The notes: generated from the letters alone by a model not told the origin. Counted from the first letter of the stretch, positions 11,208 to 24,260 are shown. The stretch: 64,000 nucleotides of DNA from Corythoichthys intestinalis (GCF_030265065.1 NC_080406.1:15913094-15977093), one strand, 5' to 3'. Program-made: numbers and translations.

Positions 11208-11745
11208 CTTAACACTCTTAATTGAACACAACGCAGAATATACTGTATGCCATTTGCGGCCACCACTGACAGTCATGGTTGCCCAACTTCCCATTATGCA
11301 TTTGGGCCGAACAGTTAAGTCGCTACAGTATCATTTAGTGGAAGCACATTAAAAATAATATTCGTATCTCTCACAGGAGACGATCTTTTTCTTAACACTC
11401 TTAATTGAACACAACGCAGAACATAATGTATACCATTTGCGGCCACCACTGACAGTCATGGTTGCCCAACTTCCCATTATGCATATGGGTGGAACAGTTA
11501 AGTCACTACAGTATCATTTCGTGAAAACACATTTAAAAAATTATTCCTATGTCTCACAGGAGACAATCTTTTTTTGACACGCTTAGTTGAACACAACGCA
11601 GAACATACTTTATACCATTTGCAGCCACCACTGACAGTCATGGTTGCCCAACTTCCCATCATGCATTAGGGCGGAACAGTTAAGTCGCTACAGTATCATT
11701 TAGTGACAGCACAACAAAAATAATATTCCTATCGCTCAAAAAAAT
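11208..11745. repeat. Tandem array of about 2.9 copies of a 183-bp unit (satellite or minisatellite-like).
   Basis: Units start at 11208, 11391 and 11575, each beginning 'cttaacactcttaattgaacacaacgcagaa..ccatttgcggccaccactgacagtcatggttgcccaacttcccat'. Copies are about 90% identical. Confidence 0.8.
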
Positions 11746-14574
11746 AATGTTCACAAAAAGAAAAGCGCTCAATACAAAGAGAACTGGCATTCCCAATCAA
11801 AGTAGTTATGAAAAATACACATAAAACTTACTCAGACTTTGCCTTGGCTAGATCTCTAATTAATTTAAAACTTAAATGAGAATCTCTCACCTTTCGGCGA
11901 AATTCGCCGTTTTGAAGTAAAAAAGGATGACCTACGTGAATCGTGTAGATCCGAGGAGAAACTTTTTAAGGGGGGGAGGGGGTCAGGTGTAGCCATATGC
12001 CGGTTACCTTCACGGTTTACCATGCTATGAAAACGTCGCTGTTACAAAACCACGAAAATTTTCTTTCATACAGTAGTACGTAACCGTTATTTTTCATGTG
12101 TCAAAAATGTAGCCAGAAATGGCTTGGCGCGGCAGCGCTTACTCCTTACCCTGTTCGATACTGCTTGTGTCAGTTACGCTATTCTAGCAAACCCAAAAAC
12201 AAACACTCCAAACACAAGGCGTACTTTTTTTCAATTTATTGAGCTCTCAAATCGTGGTAACTGAAATATACCGAATGAATACATTTAAAACGTTGTACAA
12301 TCGTATTTTCAACGTGTGAGTAGCTTCAACAGTTTAGCTTCATGAAAAAGTTCGCCAAAAACAAAAACATTTTCCTTTCAAATTCAATACACAAAGTTAC
12401 TAAAAACTTACAAAGACGAATGATAGGCAAGGCTTAGCTAGGAGAGCAACTTCATTGAGATTAATCACAGCCGCTGAGAGAGAAACAAGTTTGAATACAG
12501 CGGGGGGGGAAAAGAGAGAGCGTCAAAGATCGCTAATTGCGACAGATGATCTTGTCCTAAGCACAAATTCACGTTCGCTGGACAAGGAGAGGTCTCACTC
12601 CCATTTTTTTTTTTAGATGAATGCATTTACCAGCATATTGAATTTGGTGAGTGATGGTTTCAATCGTTTTCATATTTTGCGGTATGACAGCTAGCCAAAT
12701 CTCCGGTGAAAAAATAGCTCCCGTTAAGTTAGCGTCAAGCTTGTGTATTTAACGGTAATATAAAAGCAGTGTTATCAGTAACGCGTTATGTGAGTAATGC
12801 GTAACTGTAATCTGATTACTTTCAGTAAAGAGCAATGTAACGCGTTCATTTTTCTAAATCAGTATTCTAAAGTAACTTTCCTTGATGCCTGTGCGTTACT
12901 ATTTTGTTATTGCCCCATTATGTATATAGAAAGAAGAATACTGTAGTCATGGGAGTGACATCACATGTCACATTTTCTAATCGGGGATGGAAAAAAAACG
13001 GGTCACGTGTATAACCATGATGCGTGAGCCGTGAGCGCTGGGAGTTTGTGGCCAAAACAACATTGCCTTGCTACCTCGCCAGGATACAATGAAATAGGCA
13101 GGAGATATACTACAAACGGCTGCATTTGCACACTGGAAACACAGCCAGTACTTCACATTTTTGTCCAATAAAGATGACAAAAATATATCCGGTCGCTGCG
13201 AACTTTGCGATGGCTCTAAAGACTGTCGACCGCTAAAAGCATCCAATTCAAGCACCACTTGGAATTACAGCACAACAAGTAACAAGACAGCCAGGACTTT
13301 TTGACACTGCTCTTGCTCAATCCTCGGTTCAAGCTCAGTTGTTGTTGAAGGTTTTGAAAGCTTAGGTTTAAAGAAATTCTAAATATCCATCTTGCCTCCT
13401 CAGCTGTGGTTTTGGCTAAGCAAAGCAAACGGCTGTCTCTCAGACCCGGCGGCTTGGGCGGGCATTAGGGGGGCGTGCCCGCCCTGAGGGACGGCTGTGC
13501 CCGCCCTAGCTCGATTAAACTGTACTGTGTAATTAAAAAAAAATTTTTTTTTTTTTTTTAATCTTCCGCAAAAACACACACACACGGGGAGAATGAACCC
13601 TATATTCCAGTGTTTTTCAATCGATTGTGCCGCCGCCGCGAGAAATTATCCAATGTCGCTTTTTTTTAACATCGTCGGGCAAAGTTGCAGTAGGAAGGAA
13701 GGAAGGAATGTGGAAAAAGTTCTCGGTTGTGTGCAGATGAGTCGTGTTGCGTTCAAGAACTGCTTGGATTTCTAGCCGTCAGCCACCTTGCTCTCCATAA
13801 CAATGTGGTCCCCAGCACTTCTACTGTTCATTATTTGACTCGTCAAGTGTCGATATATACAAAAGTGTCCTTTCCATTTTATCCATATGTGACGACCGTT
13901 AATCCTCCCTCTTTGTTTTATTCCAACACATTATCGAGGACAGCTAGGTGGGAGATACCTAGAAATCCGAGCAGTTCTTGAACGCGACACAAGCGGCTAT
14001 CTAGCACCATGGCGCCAAATAAGCTTAAACTCATCTCCAAATGAACCCCCGTCGCTTCAGAATAAGTCGATGGATTATTTTGTGCGCCTTCGTGAAAACA
14101 CAGAGAAATGGGCAACTTTTTTGAGGAAAACTACAAAGGTAAATAAGAACGCCCTGAAAGCCAGTTACTTTGTTGCTAAATCCCAAAAGTCCCAAACTGT
14201 GGCAGAGACGTTAATACTACCTGTCTGCAAAGCCATTGTCAGCGAGACGACCAGCCCTGATGTGCTTAAATGCATTGCTCAAGTCCCCTGTCTGATAGTT
14301 TTTCAAGCCTAATTGCTAAACGTTTCACACTGAGTAAGTATAAATACTGAGAAATTATTTTATAATTAAATATACAATACAGAAAGTAATTTTGGAACAT
14401 TTTGGTGTGGTGTGCCGCGAGATTTTTTCCAACGTAAAAACGTCCCGTGACTCAGAAAAGGTTGAAAAACACTGCTCTAGTCATCCTATCTTGATCTGTC
14501 GTCACAATCACAGCAGCGAATGTAGGCAATTTCTAGCCAATCACAGATAAGGGGGGCGGGCTGAGTAGCCGGTG

Positions 14575-15080
14575 CTGTGCCGAAAAATAGCCGCCCCGCG
14601 TGAAATGTCCCCCTCCGACGGGAACGCTTATTTATAACGCTTTATTGAGCGTTTATTTGATTTATTTGTTTATTTATTTTATTGTTGAGCGCCCACACGT
14701 CACTCGTACAGCTTTTTCTTACCAATCGATGGACATGGAAACGATTTTCTTATACCGTGAATATATGTATTATTTTACTCTGCTTGAACTAAATGTCATA
14801 ACTGTGTGATTGTCATTGAGATATGGTCGTGAAAACCTGTAGACTAATACATTTCTGTTCAAAGATGGTTATGTGGCCCAGTCCACGATTTGTTAGTAAA
14901 ATAAAGTACTAGTATTTTGTCTAATTCATTTATTTAAAAGTGATTTTACAGTCGTAAATCCATTACTGTAATGAGTCCATGAAAACATTTGATGTTTTCA
15001 CCTCAATAAAGCGTTATAAATAAGTGTTCCCGTCAGGGGGGACATTTCACGCGGGGCAGCTATTTTTCGGCACAACACCT
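14575..15080. mobile_element. MITE, about 500 bp, with roughly 50-bp terminal inverted repeats. A fragment of one of these repeats lies at 24930-24990.
   Basis: 'ccgaaaaatagccgccccgcgtgaaatgtccccctccgacgggaacgcttatttataacgc' at 14580-14640 is the reverse complement of 'gcgttataaataagtgttcccgtcaggggggacatttcacgcggggcagctatttttcgg' at 15010-15070. Confidence 0.65.
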
Positions 15081-15584
15081 GCTATTGTGTACTGCGATTG
15101 GATAGGGATTGCTCCGGTTACAGAAATGGCGATTGAGCGGCTCCTCCGTTGCTAATTCAAATTGGAATGGACATCCGTGTTTTTTTTTCAAGAAACTAAA
15201 GACGAACTCAAGCCATGACAAAGACGCGGCCGAAAGTCAACATGAAGGGATAGCGCTGCCACCTCCTGCAGTTTCACTGACTGACACTATCATCAGAAAA
15301 TATAACGGGTAAAAACGCCACTGTTACGGCTAAATTTACATTGAAGAAGTGTGCCCCCCCAAAAAAATGTAATGCGCCCCCTGTAATTTCTTTCTGCAGC
15401 CGGGTCTGCTGTCTCTGAGGTGCTATAGTCACATGATCTGTTCGAAAATAATTTGGACCCATTGTTAAATACTTTGAACAATTATTGTTCATTTCATTCA
15501 TTTTTGTTGTTCGTTTTATTGCTCTAAAACTTTTATAGACAACATTTTAATGGCCATATTCAATGGTCTTTATTTTAAAGGGTA

Positions 15585-15795
15585 AGCTCAGAATTTTTTA
15601 CATTAGGCTTAATCTTTGAGTTAGCCGGGGTTTAATTAGTCGTTGGAGTTGATTTGAACAAATTCTGTGCAGTTTGCATGTTATTTGTTAGTTTCAGGGC
15701 TCCGGAGTGGCTAAGCTAGCGCGAGTCAGTGGTGGTAGAAATCAACTCCTTCAACTAATTAAACCCCCGCTAACTTGAATAATAAGCCTTATGTG
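15585..15795. repeat. Palindromic hairpin-type MITE with roughly 60-bp arms and a 90-bp loop.
   Basis: 'ttacattaggcttaatctttgagttagccggggtttaattagtcgttggagttgatt' at 15598 is inverted relative to 'aatcaactccttcaactaattaaacccccgctaacttgaataataagccttatgtgaaaaat' at 15740. Confidence 0.5.
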
Positions 15796-15899
15796 AAAAA
15801 TTTAAATTTTCAAATTCGCCTCATGTAAGACGTTTTGCCGACGGAGGATATTTTGGCAGAACGCCGGAACATATTTCCTCCACACCCTACTCACCTTTT

Positions 15900-16445
15900 T
15901 AACCCCTGACCCATTTTCATGCCTGAACTTGCCATTGACACCTTGGGGTGTATTTCAATCACTACCTTACGTAGTTAAAGACACTTTGGAAGAAAGAAGT
16001 AGAAGAGCCCATGTGGCGTCCCGCTCGGCGACGTCAACAATGGCGAGCTATTAGTTTATTTTTTGTTTGAAAATTTTAAAAATTGTATTAAAACGAAAAC
16101 ATCAAGATGGGTTTTAATATAAAATTACTATAACTTGTACTGAAATTTATCTTTTAAGAACTACAAGGCTTTCTGTCCGTGGATCCCTTTAACAAAAAGA
16201 ATGTTAATAATGTTATTGCCATCTTGTGGATTTATTGTTATAATAAACAAATACAGTACTTATGTTCAGTATATTGAATGTTTATGTCCGTCTTGTGTCT
16301 TATCTTTCCATTCCAACAATAATTTACAGAAAAATATGGCATGTTTTAGAGATGGTTTGAATTGCGATTAGTTATGATTAATTATGATTAATTAATTTTT
16401 AAGCTGTGATTAACTCGATTAAAAATTTTAATCGTTTGACAGCCC
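15900..16445 (-). mobile_element. Composite of hAT-type MITEs with a 'TAGGGCTGTCAAACGATTAA' terminus. Related partial copies lie at 17170-17560, 27830-28390 and 31195-31410, with the reference copy at 47716-48343.
   Basis: The end 'gtttgacagcccta' lies at 16432-16445. The internal sequence 'cttttaagaactacaaggctttctgtccgtggatccc' is shared with 10860, 31370 and 47960. Confidence 0.5.
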
Positions 16446-18009
16446 TAATAATAATTTGATATTAAAACCCCTCCTAATGTTTTCGTTTCAATAAAATTTG
16501 TAAGATTATTTTAACTACTTTAGCCATTGTTGTTGACTTTGCTGGGCGGTGACGTGACAACGCCACGCTGCCGGTATTCACGTGTCACTATCCATGTCAC
16601 TCTTTTATCATGTAAGGTAGTTATTTAAATACCCCACAAGCCAATGAGTGCGTTTTGTCCCTTGACTGACACTGTAGTTTTCCTTTAATCCACAGTGTGG
16701 TGTAAGGCAGAGAAAAAGGAGAGCGGACACAGGCGTTAAGATTCGTTCGTAGCTCGAACCGCACCGTTTCATTGGCATATTATTATAAGCTTCGGCAACT
16801 CCTTCACAACAAACGTTAGTATTATATAATAAAAATACAACAAAAATAATATATCTCTCAAGAAATAATGTTAACAAATAGAGTGCTTCAATCTGTATTA
16901 ATGAGGCCCTATTTACACACAGTTAAACAACAATGCAAAGAGAACTGGCATTCACAAATTCACAAAGTACATTTGCAAAATACGCATACAACTTACTCAG
17001 ACTTTGGTCAAACTCTAAACATTTTAGCAACTCGTTTAGCTCAACAAATATACTGGATGGCAATATTTAGTCAAAATATATAAACTATGATGCTGGGAGC
17101 CATTATCAGGAGTCTTGTTTGTTGTGACGACAACACTCAAATGAACATAAATCACAATGGACCCGCACTAAACAGGGAAACTACGCCGTCATTCGAGGGA
17201 CAAAACGCACTAATTGGCTGGATCGCTTTTTAATTTAAAACTTGCCATTGACAGTTTGTGGCGTATTTAAATCACTACCTTACATAGTTAAAGAGTGACG
17301 CTGTGAAGTACGGCGGCGTGGCCATGTGACGACACCGCCCTGCGACGTCACCAACAATTGCGAGCTACTAGTTTTTTTATTTAAAATTTTGCAAATTTTG
17401 TTAAAAAAAAATACAGTAAGAGTGGTTTTAATATCTAATTATTATAACTCGGACTTACAGTTAGCTTTTAAGAACTACATGTCTTTCTCAACGTGGGGCC
17501 CTTTAAAATTAAGTGGTAGTAATACTCAGTTAACCCAAATTAACGCCATTGACAAATTGACAACGATAGTCATCCAATTCACTTTTACTGCAAGGACTGG
17601 CTGTTAAAGCTCGCCATCCAATCCGTTTTGACTGGGAGGGACCAATGAACACCAGTAAGTTAACTTATTTGGCCAAAAACTAACTCATAAGTTTTGATGT
17701 CTACAGGTAGACACATTTTCTATGTATAATGAAAGTTAAGCAATGTACCTGTTGGCCAACCTGTTAAAGGGAAAGACAACACCTAGTATAAATGACCTTC
17801 ATGTGAAAGACTGTTGCTGCAAGTATTTCAAGAAGGAATTAAGTCATTTTCCAATACTTTTAATTCTATCATGCATCAGAGAAAAAGATCAGGAGTAGAA
17901 ATGAGAGCGTGCCCTGGTTGAAGTGTGTTATCTTTGTACTTTTTTATTTGAGCGCAATCGTGTTTGCAAGTTTAATCGTTCTGCAGACGGTAGGTTTTGA
18001 AATTTGGCA

Positions 18010-19385
18010 CTTTGTGATGTCCAGAGGTGGGTAGTAACGCTTTGCATTTACTCCGTTGCAGTTACTTGAGTAACCATTTGAGAAAAATTTACTTTTGTAT
18101 GTAGTTTTACCACGCAATACTTTTCACTTTTACTTAAGTAGTTTTTTTTTTTTTTTTCAACCTGTCCTGTTGAGCTGTTTGACACAGAGAATGGAAGTCT
18201 TCGTGCCAGGATAGTCTGAACAGTTTTAATGTTTCACAATAAGAGTCTGATATACTCCCATTGTGATCATTCAAGATACCTCGTTTATTATGACAAACCA
18301 GCGAACAGGAAGGGGTTATGGGGGGACAGAAGAAAAGAAACACAAGAAAAGAAAGAAAAGAAACACAAATTACAAGAAGAAATACATTGAACGTCTAGAC
18401 TAACTACTAATATGTTGGTGCTATCTTCAGCTAGATGTATTTCCGGTTAACACCATGTGGGGGCCTGTTGACCAGGGGGAGAGGGGGACGGGGGTGGGGT
18501 GTCTATAAGCTAAGTGATTGAAAGGGGTAGAGTGTACACAAATCAGCTCCGTGATCTAGAACCTAGTAATCGTGTGAATCCTTTTTGAGTGTAAGCCCGT
18601 TGGCGACCGACCCTACCACGCCCCATCGCCAATCCCAGCACCGGGACCCCCCACCCGAGCGCGCCCTATCACATCCTGCCGCACGCGAGCCCCACCAGGC
18701 GCGCGACAGCCACGCAGACGAGCCAAGACGCCACGCGGGCGCCAACCCAGGGCCCCGGCCCCCAGCCAGCCCGGGGAGGGAGGGCGATCCAGGGGGGCGG
18801 GGGGGTGCTCCGCGCAACCCACCCCTCTTCCCGCAGCCAGATTTCTGAAGAAGAAACAATACTCTTACTTTACTACTTTGGGTCACACTAGAGTTGTTAC
18901 ATTTTTCCTCTTTATTCCACATATTGACTTTATTTTTGCCAGAGATCCCGACAGTGGCTGTCTCAGTTTCACCAATGAGACGTCGCAACAATAACCACAT
19001 GACCCCGTGATACCATTCAGGTGTAACAAATGTTTTTTTCTCTACTCGAGGGCACTCATGCTGCGTTTTTCTGTCCTGAATTCAATGATATGTCTGTCAT
19101 CTTTATGGCCTAATATGGTCTTATAATAGGTTATAGCACAGTATAATAAAAACAATGAATATAGATGAAGTTATGCTAAGAAAAAAAATACCATTATGAA
19201 AAAAAATTGTCATTTTAAGCAGTTACTCACAATGTTACTCAGTACTTGAGTACTTTTTTCAAAGAATACTTTTTTACTTGTACTTAAATTTTTGGATGAC
19301 TTACCTTTACTTGAATAATATTATTTAGAAGTAACACTACTCTTACTTGAGTAAAATTTTTGGCTACTCTACCCACCTATGGTGA
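18010..19385. mobile_element. MITE with long terminal inverted repeats ('CAGAGGTGGGTAG..TACTTGAGTAA') enclosing a 280-bp GC-rich core.
   Basis: 'ccagaggtgggtagtaacgc..ttacttgagtaacc' at 18012-18075 is inverted relative to 'ttacttgagtaaaatttttggctactctacccacctatgg' at 19342-19383. Confidence 0.55.
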
Positions 19386-19686
19386 TGTCACACCATACCT
19401 TGTTATGCAAGTACCTGCCCTCTTCGCTCTTCCTTCACCCCAACAAATATCGAGAGCTCTAACCTCTGAGAAAAGCCGTTTGGTGGTTGCTACTTCCTGT
19501 TTCTAAAAAACCTCAACAACTAGTGTCCTCAGTTCGCAAATGTTTATTGAATGTTATTTAAATAAAAGGTGATGAGCACATGACCGTGTGCCAGCTCTTT
19601 GGGAACGTGTTTTGTTTATGATTATTTTCTAAAAACAATCAGTTCAACATTAAATATCATGTCTTTGTAGTGTATTCAATCAAATA

Positions 19687-20517
19687 TACCGTAATTTCCC
19701 GAATATAAGGCACACCCGTGTATAATGCGCACCCCAAATTTACTTGTAAAATCTAGGGGAAATAATTGTACCCGTTTATAACGCGCACCCTAATTTTAGC
19801 ACCAATAAAAAGAAGAATACAAGAAAACAGAGCTCGTGTACAGATACAGAAATGTCATTTTACTGACTGGTGAAACACAGCACAAGCATAGCATGTTGGT
19901 AGTTCAAAACATTACCATAAACTGACAATATTTACGGTAATAATATGATTTGACAAGTTCTCCAACTTACTAGAATCTAGGAGAAAACAAAACAGATGTG
20001 ACTTTTCTTTTAAAAGCTGCTGTATAACTTGCTCGTTTCATCATGATGAATAAATGTTTCTTCCATGGATTGATCCGGTAAAATGAAAGTGAGAACGTAA
20101 GTCGGAAATCCGAGAGAGCTCATCGCTGTCGACACGACGGTAACAATAGGAACTATTGTTATTTGGGTTTGAGTTTCCCGAGGGACAGATATAGTTGACG
20201 GACACACACAGGATGTCTGTGTTGTTATGTTTGTTATGGTCCGAGTTGCGGAGCTGCAATAAATGTTGACTCAAATGAGTTCAAGAAACTAATTTCTGTG
20301 CTTTATGAAGAGTGAAAAAAGCAGAATTTAACACAGACGAAATCATTCGGCCGATCAGAGTGAAGTATTACCGAAACAAAATGGTGACGTCACGTACCGT
20401 AATGGTCGGCAACGGATCGCCGCATACGTTTCTTCAACACAATTATAATGCGCACCATGATTTTACAAGTTGATTTTGGGGGAAAAAAGTGCGCGTTATA
20501 TTCGGGAAATTACGGTA
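19687..20517. mobile_element. Second copy of the 'TACCGTAATTTCCCGAATATAA' MITE.
   Basis: The termini at 19687 and 20490-20517 are inverted and match the copy at 1088-1964. Confidence 0.6.
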
Positions 20518-20758
20518 GTTTGAACATGATTTGCAAATCATTGTATTCTGTTTTCATTATGTTTAACGCAACATCCCAACTTTGGACGGAATTAGAATTG
20601 GGGTTGCATAAATTGCAAAAGCGTCAATGTATGGATCAAGTCGCTGTGAAGTGTGCTAGTGTTAGCTCGTGTTTCATCTCTGCCATTCTCTTCATTAGGT
20701 GCATCTGCGTCGTGATATAAGAGCCGGTATTAAATTTTCTTTGTTTTTCTTTTCGTAG

Positions 20759-21744
20759 AGTTCCAGTGCTGTGTCATATCCTTCATTTGCCCCCCAAAAA
20801 TCGGTAAAACGGTTTAAATTGAAGAGTGATGGATTTGGAACAATGGACACCGAGGTTCTCCATCCATCCTTCCTTCCTGTTCCAGAATCAATTCCTATGG
20901 CTTTTGCTGCTGGTCCACCTCCTCTAGCAACCAGACATTCGCTGGAAAGCTTACCTCTCCCTCCAGCAGACAGCCCATCAGTTTTTCATCCAGTATCTCT
21001 TGCTGTACAACCTCCACTTGGCAGCTCATTATTGGTTCCTCCATCACCACATACTGGCAGTCTATCATTTGTTGCTCTCCCACCACCACCACCACCACCA
21101 CAACAACTTCACAGTGTAGTATTGGAAGCCGCTCCATCTCCATGTGAAGAACATTTGACACGCGCTGGCAGTCCATCATCTGTTGATCTTCCTCCAACGC
21201 CACCACCTACCCCACGTAGAAGATGTATTTCATCATTTAGCAGCAAAAGTAAACGACGTGCAGAAAAGATTTCACAGATTCCCTTTGAGTTGTCCAATAT
21301 TGAGCTGAAGGACATGGAATTCCAATTTTCTGGGCCGTCACGGTCTTCCTTGGCCATTTCAGACAGGCTGGCAAAACTGCCGTTCAAGAGATCTCTAGGG
21401 TTAACCCCGTCATTCGGTCACGTCAGATCAACATATGACGCCGATGGTGGGCCGCCACTTCCAGAATACCAGTCACCCGCTCCTTCAAGCAACTCCAGTG
21501 GTGGTATTGGTGATCAATGTACCACAAACAGAGGTCTAGATGAATTTAGACGTCCTAAAGCATTGAAGAAGAAATTGTTAGAACGTCAGGGATCAACCCT
21601 GTCTGCTGAAAACAAATCGACTCCGTTGGGGTATTTACTTGAAGATTCAATCAAGGCTGCACCTGACAAAGTGTCATTTAAAAAAGGAACTCCACAACCT
21701 TCGGTTTTTCTATATCCCGGAACCACAGCCCATATGACCCACAG
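20759..21744 (+). CDS. Large 986-nt exon of the VWA5-like gene encoding a disordered Pro/Ser-rich region ('..LPPPPPPPQQ..PPTPPPTPRRR..').
   Basis: 'ttttcgtag' acceptor, whose TAG is the in-frame stop just upstream, and 'acag|gtaaga' donor. The frame is open for 328 codons. Confidence 0.8.
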
Positions 21745-21984
21745 GTAAGATCCCAAACATGTCTATTTGATTAAATGAAAAATTATTTCAAGCGGTAGTG
21801 TCAAACATAAGGCCGGCGGGCCAGCAAGGGTCCAATCCAACCTGCAGGGTTGTTCTGCCTGACAGGCACGTTTTATTTCACTTATACACAGGGGTGAAAG
21901 TGGCTAGAATTTCTTGCCGGAACTCCCCGACGTGAAGGTCGCCACGGAGCCAGAATTTATTTTTTTTCTTTCTTTCTTTCATTT

Positions 21985-22003
21985 GGGGGGGGGGGGGGGG
22001 GGG
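21985..22003. repeat. Poly-G tract of 19 nt.
   Basis: Homopolymer run. Confidence 0.9.
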
Positions 22004-22389
22004 TCAAACCTCTTAGACTACTGGAATGCTAAGAAAACTGTTTTAGCACAGTTATTTCTATAACACATACAAAAACTGATTTTCATTCAAAATGGTATTT
22101 TTTCAATGATTTGCAGATAAAAGTTAACAAAAACAGCAATACCCTCAACCTCCATCTCCTAATTTTCATTTTCCCTCATTTCCTCACATACTAAATGCCA
22201 AATCTAGGATGTGTATTAAAATTGAATTTAATGTAAACATTTATTTTATTTTTTTAAATAACAAAGATATAAGTAACATACAGTCGGAAAAATAAGTACA
22301 AATGACTTACATAATGCAGAGTGAAATGGAATATATTTTGAAGATCGCGCAAACATTGACTTTTTTAAATCATAATATAATGAATACGT

Positions 22390-23130
22390 AGCCTAAATTA
22401 ACAAATATAAGTCCAAAGTGCACATTGACAGCTAACATGTTCTGAACCTCCCCATCACAGCAAATAAAACAAAATATGATAAATAAGCCTCCTCAACTCT
22501 TTCGTTGCTCTTAAAGATTTGATCCATTTTATGTTGCATTGCCTTTTTTGTTGTTGCATCAATTCAACAACCTTTTTTTTGCTGTTCCAGAAAACATGCA
22601 AATTAGAACCAATCAGAGCAAACTATCTCTGCGGATCACATGTCAGTATATCAGCCAATTGAACAGATAAATGAGTCCAGGCGTTTTACTTTGCTGCGTT
22701 CATTCACACATTGATGTGACTCATTATCGTCAGGTTCAGATAACTGCATCAGTTGGGGAACCTCCATGCCGTCCATGGAATAAAATAAATTATTGGTGGA
22801 AATGGATTACGCGACACAAGCACTTTATTATGCTTGTTATTAACACTTGTGTATGTAAATCTGATGTTGGTAGATTGTTTTCTTCATGGAGATGAAATGC
22901 ATGTGTGGCAGCTTGGCATTTTTTGTTGTTGTTTTTTTTTTTTTTTTTACACAGCGTTTTGACAGTTGCTGTCATATTTTCGGAATCAAAATACCATGTA
23001 CTGGAACAGCATTCCAACCTTGAAACTTATACCGGAACTGCGTTCTGGCACTGAATCTTATACCGGAACTGCGTTCCTGACTGTTCTGGCCCACTTTCAG
23101 CCCTGCTTATACAGTGCATACAGAATCACA
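22390..23130 (+). repeat. Interspersed repeat, family R2, non-autonomous with an internal poly-T. A second copy lies at 40930-41500.
   Basis: Over 85% identity by eye, for example 'aaccaatcagagcaaactatctctgcggatcacatgtcagtat' and 'gttttgacagttgctgtcatattttcggaatcaaa..cttataccggaactgcgttcctgac'. Confidence 0.6.
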
Positions 23131-24260
23131 TGCTTTTTATTGCGATACGAGCTCCGAAACCATTGTGGCTTGGGTGAGGGCGTCATTGATGTGCACCTTG
23201 CGGCGAGTTGTAGTATTTGGACTTCTGTGAGCAAGTATCTGTGAGGTCAGCTACGAACGTCAGCCATGTTTCACTGTGCTGAACTGTCCACATGGTTTAG
23301 ATATTGTAGTGGGTGTGCGGTGCGGAATGTTTGGTTTTATGATGCAGATTAACTGATATTTTAACAGATGGAGCAAGTTGTTTGTAACGGTGATCCACAG
23401 ATCTGTTTATGGCGGAAAACACTCAGGGGACTTGAAGTTCCGTTCCGAGACCCCCAATTTAGCCAACTTTCAAAATTGTATGATATGTGTGATACATCAT
23501 TGGAAAGCTTAAAATCTGTATTTTCTGGGGGAAGAAAAATTTTGAACAGGTGGGCATTTCGGAAAAAAAAAAAAGTTTTTTAAACAGCAAAACCCCATCT
23601 GGAGGTGAGAGCATGCGAGAGCAAAATTACAGACACCATGACTTTAATGAGATATTATTGCGTACTTACCTTGTTTCGATCCAAAAAATCCATGTAGCTT
23701 GCATCACCGAGTGTCAAGACACAGCTGTGAATGGCCACAGCTGGATTTTGGGGGGATTTTATGGGTGAAACATGGTAATATAACAAGGGTCGCGATGCAG
23801 AAATCACAGACATCAAGGAGTGGTCGAGATTTTCTTTTTTCATATATTTACCCTTTTAAATGTTTTTTCAATTTTTTTTTTTGTCTGGATCGATTATTTA
23901 TCATCTAACATATCGGAAAAAATGCGACAGTAACAAAAAAAAAATACAATTAAGTGATAGTTATGAGGTAGATATCCGTGACTTTTTTACAGACGCCATT
24001 TTTTTCATTGTGACATAATTTGTTTAAAAGTTTAAAATATGTGAGTCGATTTTTTTTTAAAAACGAAATATGAGACATCAATTAATGATTGTAAGCTACA
24101 GACGACAGACGTTTTGAATAATGAATACAATTAATTACCTCCGTTTTATGGCTGGGTTGAAACAAAAGCGGTTGCGCGACGTCTTTAAACGGGGATTTTC
24201 AGTGTAAAATGGACAAATTAAAAATAGTTCGGGGGCTAAATAAGCCATGAATCTGCTATG

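Noticed and set aside
10857-11294. The 145-aa minus ORF as a gene
   Set aside because: It lies wholly in a low-complexity interspersed repeat with hAT-MITE ends and runs into the tandem array. It has no domain similarity.
11208-11745. The 183-bp tandem repeats as a CRISPR array
   Set aside because: The units are contiguous with no unique spacers, are far longer than CRISPR repeats, and the context is eukaryotic. It is a satellite-like tandem array.
18563-19000. The 145-aa minus ORF and the overlapping plus ORF as Gly/Pro/Arg-rich proteins
   Set aside because: Both strands are open only because the segment is over 75% GC. It lies inside a MITE and shows no codon-usage asymmetry or splice context.
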